Shown here piece after piece: positions 58,576-64,000 of a stretch of DNA of 64,000 bases. The DNA is taken from contig CACELG010000002.1 in assembly GCA_902560315.1 (NCBI GenBank), positions 442-64,441 of the forward strand. Direction: 5' to 3'. The stretch is from an uncultured SAR86 cluster bacterium. Lineage in GTDB: Bacteria; Pseudomonadota; Gammaproteobacteria; Magnimaribacterales; D2472. The position numbers and the translations under genes were made by a program. Under the pieces are notes generated by a model. That model was not told where the DNA came from and made no database searches. It saw only the letters and a program-made list of their open reading frames with translations. Position 1 is the stretch's first letter; each line of letters starts with the position of its first letter.

Positions 58576-59257
58576 TCATCATGTGACGTCTTTTTACATG
58601 ATCTATGAATTTAGAATTCCATGTTGTTAAAGCTGTGCCTTTATCTTTCCAATAAAGGATAAACTCTTTTAAGTATTTTAAAGCAGAATCTTTTGTTATT
58701 TCTGAAAGATTTAGAATATCAAATACATCATTATCAGGATACCAGTTTTCATCAATACTATGTGGCAATACTTTTTCTGAGTTTATTTCTTTTATCCATT
58801 CTCGTCTCATAAAGTCGATAAATGTTGAATTCCAATTATTCTTTTTTTGACCTCTTTCGGTCCAGTAAATTTTAAATTCTTTTAATTTTGTTTTGTAGAA
58901 ATCCTCTGTAATGTCAGTCATATCTAATATTTCATTAGCCTCTGCTGAGGGCTGCCATTCATTAGTAAGCATAAATGATGATGAACTTTTGTTTGGAGAT
59001 TTTACTTTGTAGTCGTTTTTGTAATTAATTTTTTTTATATCAATTAGCTCAAACTTTAATAATGTATTTATTGAATCTTTAATTATTTCAACATCATCAA
59101 TAAATCGAAGACTTTTTTTTAATGAATTGACTAGATTATCGTATGTAGATATATCTTCTAATTCATTTTTGTTATATAGACTTAATATGATTGCACATTC
59201 CAAGCCGAGTGTTTCTGCCACTTCAGCTGAGAAAGATAGATCATTTTTAATTTTCAA
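58457..59257 (-). CDS. DnaT-domain protein (N-terminal wHTH-like region plus two DnaT-type repeats)
   Basis: Two repeats: 'EWQPSAEANEILDMTDITEDFYKTKLKEFKIYWTERGQKKNNWNSTFIDFMRREW' and 'ENWYPDNDVFDILNLSEITKDSALKYLKEFILYWKDKGTALTTWNSKFIDHVKRRH'. The pattern W.P....L......F....F..YW......W...F is as in DnaT-like ssDNA-binding domains. Confidence 0.55.
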   Translation of the reverse strand: MKIKNDLSFSAEVAETLGLECAIILSLYNKNELEDISTYDNLVNSLKKSLRFIDDVEIIKDSINTLLKFELIDIKKINYKNDYKVKSPNKSSSSFMLTNEWQPSAEANEILDMTDITEDFYKTKLKEFKIYWTERGQKKNNWNSTFIDFMRREWIKEINSEKVLPHSIDENWYPDNDVFDILNLSEITKDSALKYLKEFILYWKDKGTALTTWNSKFIDHVKRRHMMNDNMGSNEENKKYSEPGKYTQDFKTRKNDNTWAKEINLE

Positions 59258-59262
59258 TTCAG

Positions 59263-60312
59263 TTATTTACCTCTTCTTACACTTATTGCATCATTTAATT
59301 TTTGAAGACAAGAAATAGTATCTTCCCAACCCATACATGCGTCAGTGATGCTTTGGCCATATTTTAAATTTTCACTAATTTTTTGATTTCCTTCATTTAA
59401 ATGACTTTCAATCATAACTCCCTTCACATTGTTATTACCTTCAGCTATTTGGTTACAAATTGACTCTACGACAGGTATCTGTTGCTTAAATTTCTTTTGA
59501 CTATTCCCGTGACTTGCGTCAATCATTATTGATTCATTGACTTCTGCTTCTTTAAGAGCAGTTAAAGTATTTTCAACTGACTCTTGATCATAATTTGGAA
59601 CTTTACCGCCTCTAAGAATAATATGCGCATCATTATTTCCGGCAGTTTTAAGCATTGCTATATCTGCTTCTTTAGTTGCTCCAAGAAAAACATGCGAATG
59701 ATTTGCTGCTTGAATACCATCAATTGCAGCCTTCAAGCTTCCGTCAGTCCCATTTTTTATTCCAATTGGACATGAAAGACCTGAGGCAAGTTCTCTGTGA
59801 ATTTGACTCTCAGCAGTTCTTGCACCGATTGCACCCCAAGAAATTATGTCTGTAACATATTGAGGTGAGATAGGATCTAAGAATTCTGTACCAGCTGGAA
59901 GACCTAGCTCAGCTATATCAATTAATAATTTTCTTGCAATTTCAACTCCTTTAGCGATATTAAAAGTCTCATTAATATCTGGATCATTTATTAAGCCTTT
60001 CCAACCAACTGTTGTTCTTGGTTTCTCAAAATATACTCTCATAATGATCAATAAATTTTCACTAAAATTCTTAGTTTCGTCTGAAAGTTTTTTTGCATAC
60101 TCAATAGCACTGATAGGATCATGAATTGAACATGGACCGACTACAACAAAAATTCGGTCATCTTTATTGTGAAGAATTTGGCTTATTTCATTCCTTGTTC
60201 CATAAACAAGTTTAGAAATTTGATCATTAATAGGATACTTGTTCACAAGCTCGTAAGGAGCTGGAACCTTTCTTCTATCTATAATTCTTGTATTGTCAGT
60301 TGAATAGTTCAT
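59263..60312 (-). CDS. 3-deoxy-7-phosphoheptulonate (DAHP) synthase, class I alpha (AroF/G/H family; isozyme not assignable)
   Basis: 'VVGPCSIHDP', 'RVYFEKPRTTVGWKGLINDP', 'GARTAESQIHRELASGLSCPIGIKNGTDG' and 'IDASHGNS'. Confidence 0.93.
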   Translation of the reverse strand: MNYSTDNTRIIDRRKVPAPYELVNKYPINDQISKLVYGTRNEISQILHNKDDRIFVVVGPCSIHDPISAIEYAKKLSDETKNFSENLLIIMRVYFEKPRTTVGWKGLINDPDINETFNIAKGVEIARKLLIDIAELGLPAGTEFLDPISPQYVTDIISWGAIGARTAESQIHRELASGLSCPIGIKNGTDGSLKAAIDGIQAANHSHVFLGATKEADIAMLKTAGNNDAHIILRGGKVPNYDQESVENTLTALKEAEVNESIMIDASHGNSQKKFKQQIPVVESICNQIAEGNNNVKGVMIESHLNEGNQKISENLKYGQSITDACMGWEDTISCLQKLNDAISVRRGK

Positions 60313-60443
60313 TAATTTATATTTTATATGCCTTATTTAAAAAATGGAGAGATATTATTAAATGAATAACAAATAATAGAAACTACTTAGACAGAATTAT
60401 TATGATGAATTATTCTTGATAAAAATCCAATTTTTAAGGAAAT

Positions 60444-60490
60444 ACACTACATATTGTATTAAAATAGATAAAACTAACACTATGTAGTGT
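60444..60490. repeat. inverted repeat / palindrome cluster immediately upstream of scpA
   Basis: ACACTACATA (60444-60453) is the exact reverse complement of TATGTAGTGT (60481-60490). The right arm is part of a 14-bp palindrome ACACTA-TG-TAGTGT (60477-60490), 6 nt before the ATG at 60497. Confidence 0.5.
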
Positions 60491-60496
60491 CTAATT

Positions 60497-61291
60497 ATGC
60501 AAAACTATAATCTTGCACAACTTGAATTACCCACTGTAATGGGTGAACAATTCAAGGAATTGCCCGATGATCTTTTTATTCCGCCTAACGCGCTCGAAAT
60601 ATGTTTAGAATCTTTTTCTGGACCTCTTGATCTGCTTTTATACCTAATTAGAAAAGAGAATATAGACATTCTTGAACTAGATGTCTCAAACATTACAGAC
60701 CAATACTTAGAATACATTGAATTAATGGACTCATTAAAGTTTGAATTGGCCGCTGATTATTTAGTAATGGCTGCAACACTTGCTGAAATTAAATCAAGGT
60801 TGATGCTTCCTAAAGAATCTTTTGATGATGAAGAGGAAGATCCAAGAGCATCTCTAATAAAAAGATTGCAAGAATATAAGAGATTTAAAACAATTTCTGA
60901 AAAAATAGCTATTTTACCAAGAGTGGATAGAGATTTTTTTATTGCTTCTGCAAAAGCTCCAAAATTTGAAGAACTAGATAACTCCGAAGTCATAATATCA
61001 AAAGAAGAATTGTTTTCTGTTATTAGTGAAGTTATTAATAGACCAAATTATAAATCAAGCCATTTAATTGATTTTGAAGAATTATCAACAAAAGAACGGA
61101 TTCAGATATTATTAGATTTGCTAAAGAAAACTAACATCATAAGTTTTTCAAAAACTCTAAAACAACCTGAGGGGAAAAAAGGAGTTGTTGTAACTCTTTT
61201 AGCATCATTAGAATTAGCAAAAGATGGCTATATTGAACTTATTCAAAATAAAAGCGAAGAATTATTCATAAAATCTATAAGGAGCATCTAA
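60497..61291 (+). CDS. scpA: segregation and condensation protein A (kleisin)
   Basis: 'FSGPLDLLLYLIRKENIDILELDVSNITDQYLEYI'. Followed directly by scpB. Confidence 0.85.
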   Translation: MQNYNLAQLELPTVMGEQFKELPDDLFIPPNALEICLESFSGPLDLLLYLIRKENIDILELDVSNITDQYLEYIELMDSLKFELAADYLVMAATLAEIKSRLMLPKESFDDEEEDPRASLIKRLQEYKRFKTISEKIAILPRVDRDFFIASAKAPKFEELDNSEVIISKEELFSVISEVINRPNYKSSHLIDFEELSTKERIQILLDLLKKTNIISFSKTLKQPEGKKGVVVTLLASLELAKDGYIELIQNKSEELFIKSIRSI

Positions 61292-61292
61292 A

Positions 61293-61850
61293 TTGAACAC
61301 AGAAATCATAAATTCTGTTGAGGCCCTTCTTTTTGGATCAGGAAGACCTATGAGGCTTTCAGAAATTAAAAATACTCTTGAGAATACTGGATTAGTAACT
61401 GAATTAAGTGAAATTAAACAAGCAATTAATAATCTCGAAGAACGTTATTTAAATACATCTCTTGAAGTCCAAGAAGTTGCGTCTGGATTTAGACTACAAA
61501 TAAAACAAAAACATAGTGCAAGCCTTAGTATTTTGTGGAATGAAAAAAGTCCAAGAGTATCAAAAGCTTTGATGGAAACAATTTCAATAATTGCATACAA
61601 GCAACCAGTAACTAGGGGCGACATTGAAGATATAAGAGGCATAACTGTGAGTACCAGAATTATAAGATCATTGTTGGAAAGAAATTGGGTTAAAGTTTCC
61701 GGTCACAAGGATGTTCCTGGTAGACCAGCGTTATATGTAACAACGAAAGATTTTCTCAACGATTTAAATCTAAAAAATATTTCTGACCTGCCAGAGTTGC
61801 CTGAAAGAGAGGAAGTTGAAGAAAAAAATTTATTGACACAAGCAGTTTAA
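61293..61850 (+). CDS. scpB: segregation and condensation protein B
   Basis: 'VEALLFGSGRPM', 'IIAYKQPVTRGDIEDIRG' and 'GRPALYVTTKDFL'. TTG start. Confidence 0.85.
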   Translation: MNTEIINSVEALLFGSGRPMRLSEIKNTLENTGLVTELSEIKQAINNLEERYLNTSLEVQEVASGFRLQIKQKHSASLSILWNEKSPRVSKALMETISIIAYKQPVTRGDIEDIRGITVSTRIIRSLLERNWVKVSGHKDVPGRPALYVTTKDFLNDLNLKNISDLPELPEREEVEEKNLLTQAV

Positions 61851-61853
61851 ATT

Positions 61854-62579
61854 ATGTCAGAAAGACTGCAAAAATTTCTTGCTAAAGCAGGGGTTGGATC
61901 TAGAAGATTCTGCGAGGAATTAATAAAATCAAGAAAAATTAAAATTAATGGAAAGGTAGCTGAAATTGGAGTTTCAGTTGAGATAACTGATGTTATTGAA
62001 TATGAAGGTAATGTAATCTCTTACGTAAAATCAGATCTTAAGCTTCTTATGTTAAATAAACCGGAAGGAGTTGTCTCATCTAATAAGAAGGAAAAAAATT
62101 TGCCTATAGTCTTTGATTATCTTCCTAAATCTAATTTAAATACAAGATGGATTTCAATTGGAAGACTGGATATCAATTCATCAGGACTAATGCTGTTCAC
62201 AAATGATGGAACATTTGCAAATTTTTGTATGCATCCATCATCTATGATCGATAGGGAATATTTGGTCAGAGCTAGAGGAGAGTTTACACAAGAAAAAAAA
62301 CAAAAAATGTTATCTGGTATTAATATTGAAGGAGCATCATACCAATTAACCGATATTGTTGAAGGTGAAAAACATTCTTCTAATCAATGGTTCTCTGTAT
62401 GTCTTATGTCAGGAAAGAATAAAGAAGTAAGAAAGATTTTTAACTATTTTGATCTTGAAATTAGTAGATTAAAAAGAACAAGATTTGGGCCTATATTTCT
62501 TCCATCCTCATTAAAAAAGGGATCTACAATTGAATTATCAAATAAAGAAATCGATTCTTTAAAAAATTATGGAATATAA
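61854..62579 (+). CDS. rluB: 23S rRNA pseudouridine synthase B
   Basis: S4 domain 'RLQKFLAKAGVGSRR', catalytic 'GRLDINSSGLMLFTNDG' and 'REYLV'. Confidence 0.85.
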   Translation: MSERLQKFLAKAGVGSRRFCEELIKSRKIKINGKVAEIGVSVEITDVIEYEGNVISYVKSDLKLLMLNKPEGVVSSNKKEKNLPIVFDYLPKSNLNTRWISIGRLDINSSGLMLFTNDGTFANFCMHPSSMIDREYLVRARGEFTQEKKQKMLSGINIEGASYQLTDIVEGEKHSSNQWFSVCLMSGKNKEVRKIFNYFDLEISRLKRTRFGPIFLPSSLKKGSTIELSNKEIDSLKNYGI

Positions 62580-63180
62580 AGAAGCCTATGAATTTATTTA
62601 CAAAAAATCTATTGAATTAGGTTTATTAGATCTTGCAAAACATATAGAGAATGTTGGCCCTTTAAAAATAAAACTATCTAAAATGGATTTCGTTAGCCAT
62701 CTTGTAAAAATAATTGTTGGTCAACAACTATCTGTTCAATCAGCAGCAGCTATTTGGAGCAGAACAAAGTTAATTCTAGATAAAAACAAATATAAGAAAA
62801 GTAATTTTAATCTCAATAATAGTTTTAAAAAGGCTGGTCTTTCAAGACAAAAAATAGATTATCTAAATGGAATTATTTTTAATAAAAACTTACTTCAAGC
62901 TACTAAAAAAGATCTTAAAAAATTATCCGCTGAAGAATATTATGATCTTTTGATATCAATTAAAGGTATTGGACCCTGGTCAATAGAAATGTCTAGGATT
63001 TTTTTTATTGGTGATCCTGATATTTTTTCTATTCTTGATTTAGGCTTAAAGAACGCTCATAAAAAGATGTTCAATATAGAATCGTATGATGAATCTTTTT
63101 ATAAAGAATTTTCTCCATATAGAAGCTACATGTGCCTTTTTATGTGGAGAGTTCTTGAAGATGAAAATGTAACTATTTAG
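62569..63180 (+). CDS. HhH-GPD DNA glycosylase (AlkA / 3-methyladenine glycosylase II-like)
   Basis: 'IIVGQQLSVQSAAAIWSR', 'LISIKGIGPWSIEMSRIF' and 'GDPDIFSILDLGLKNA'. Confidence 0.7.
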   Translation: MEYKEAYEFIYKKSIELGLLDLAKHIENVGPLKIKLSKMDFVSHLVKIIVGQQLSVQSAAAIWSRTKLILDKNKYKKSNFNLNNSFKKAGLSRQKIDYLNGIIFNKNLLQATKKDLKKLSAEEYYDLLISIKGIGPWSIEMSRIFFIGDPDIFSILDLGLKNAHKKMFNIESYDESFYKEFSPYRSYMCLFMWRVLEDENVTI

Positions 63181-63919
63181 TTTTTATTTTTTGACCAAAC
63201 TCTATATATCTATTTTTTGAAGAGGAACTGTCCTCTGAGAGCATCCACAAATAGTATTCAATTAGAGAATCAGGCTTTTTTTGAGAGTCTGGATCTTCAG
63301 CGGGATATGCAAGAGATCTCATTGCGGTTTGAGTTGCCTTTGGATCGAAGTTAAATACCTTAATGTTTGAAATAGTTTCAAGTTCATCGCTTAATATTTG
63401 AGATAAAGCATTTATACCAGCTTTTGAAACCGAGTATGCTCCCCAATAAGCCTTACCCCTTTTACCAACACTTGAAGTCGTAAAAATTATTCTAGGATTT
63501 TGAGAAGAGCTCATTAGTTGAACCAAATATTTTGAAAGAATGAATGAACTCGTTAAATTAACTTTAAGAACTTTTTCCCATGTTTTAACATCATAATTTT
63601 CAATGTTTGAGATTTTTTCAAGAATTGCAGCATTGTGAATTATTGCATCTAAATTTTTATAGTTTTCTAAAATAACATTTGCTATTTCTTTAGATTTATT
63701 TTCATCAAGATCTATTAAATCACATTTTAAAATACATGGATCTGTCTTATATTTTTCTTTAATTTCATCATAAATAGAGTCCAGTTTCTTTTCATTTTTT
63801 GAGAGCATAATTATATTTGCACCAAATTTGCTAAGGTTTTTTGTAAGAGTTCTTCCAATTCCACTTGAAGCACCAGTAATTAAAATATTTTTTCCTTCAA
63901 GAAAATTATTTTTATTCAT
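63173..63919 (-). CDS. short-chain dehydrogenase/reductase (YciK-like)
   Basis: 'ILITGASSGIGR', 'HNAAI' and 'YSVSKAG'. Confidence 0.75.
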   Translation of the reverse strand: MNKNNFLEGKNILITGASSGIGRTLTKNLSKFGANIIMLSKNEKKLDSIYDEIKEKYKTDPCILKCDLIDLDENKSKEIANVILENYKNLDAIIHNAAILEKISNIENYDVKTWEKVLKVNLTSSFILSKYLVQLMSSSQNPRIIFTTSSVGKRGKAYWGAYSVSKAGINALSQILSDELETISNIKVFNFDPKATQTAMRSLAYPAEDPDSQKKPDSLIEYYLWMLSEDSSSSKNRYIEFGQKIKTK

Positions 63920-64000
63920 TAATCTATATGAGAAATTATTTCTGAAACATTTTTAACATAAGTATAGCTATCAGATTTAAGGCTATCTTCATCAAGTGAA
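63919..64000 (-). CDS. hypothetical protein, C-terminal 26 codons only (ORF open to the right window edge)
   Basis: Minus-strand frame reads '..SLDEDSLKSDSYTYVKNVSEIISHID*'. Its TAA (63919-63921) shares one nucleotide with the ATG of the SDR gene, which looks like translational coupling. Confidence 0.3.
   Translation of the reverse strand, partial: SLDEDSLKSDSYTYVKNVSEIISHID

Noticed and set aside
57913-60312. Interpreting the DnaT-domain/lambda P-like pair as part of an intact prophage or phage satellite.
   Set aside because: The window holds no integrase, repressor/cro, terminase, capsid, tail or lysis gene. The flanks are housekeeping genes with 5- and 17-nt spacers. At most it is a domesticated or remnant module.

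Overview
AT-rich (about one-third G+C by eye, not computed), very gene-dense chromosomal segment. It holds about 64 protein-coding genes, one tRNA-Ala(UGC), and no rRNA, CRISPR array, transposase or integrase gene that I can see. The content is almost all housekeeping. The gene order follows gammaproteobacterial (Pseudomonas/E. coli-type) synteny blocks: mrcA | aroK-aroB .. gltB/gltD-hemE; miaA .. hflK-hflC-purA; glyA-nrdR-ribD-ribB*-ribH-nusB; thiL..pgpA; xseB-ispA-dxs; scpA-scpB-rluB. The low GC, tiny or negative intergenic spacers and missing accessory genes (pilMNOPQ, hfq-hflX) suggest a streamlined marine gammaproteobacterium such as a SAR86-like lineage; this is inference only. Candidates for something new, in my order of interest: (1) a lambda-O/P-style pair (wHTH + 2x DnaT-domain protein, then a lambda P-like helicase-loader homologue) packed directly behind a DAHP synthase gene, with no prophage context. 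(2) GltD carries an unavoidable ~85-aa N-terminal extension that resembles an integrase Arm-type DNA-binding domain. It sits at the breakpoint of a single-gene inversion of gltB, next to 10-bp-phased direct repeats and a perfect palindrome. (3) A CobS/CobT (AAA+/VWA) pair lies co-directionally with an AurF/R2-like diiron protein, with no cobN or corrin genes in the window. (4) A secreted DUF305-His-rich-LVIVD beta-propeller fusion is coupled to a mini-TM protein and a BI-1/YccA channel. (5) A GT4 - methyltransferase - (alpha/alpha)6 prenyltransferase-like - methyltransferase cluster adjoins lpxL/waaA. Also noted: a frame-interrupted RND pump, a degenerate RibBX-type riboflavin gene, a type II pantothenate kinase-like gene, a Fur box in front of a TonB-dependent receptor, and an orphan tRNA-Ala. 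All homology statements come from reading the translated ORFs by eye. No database search was run.
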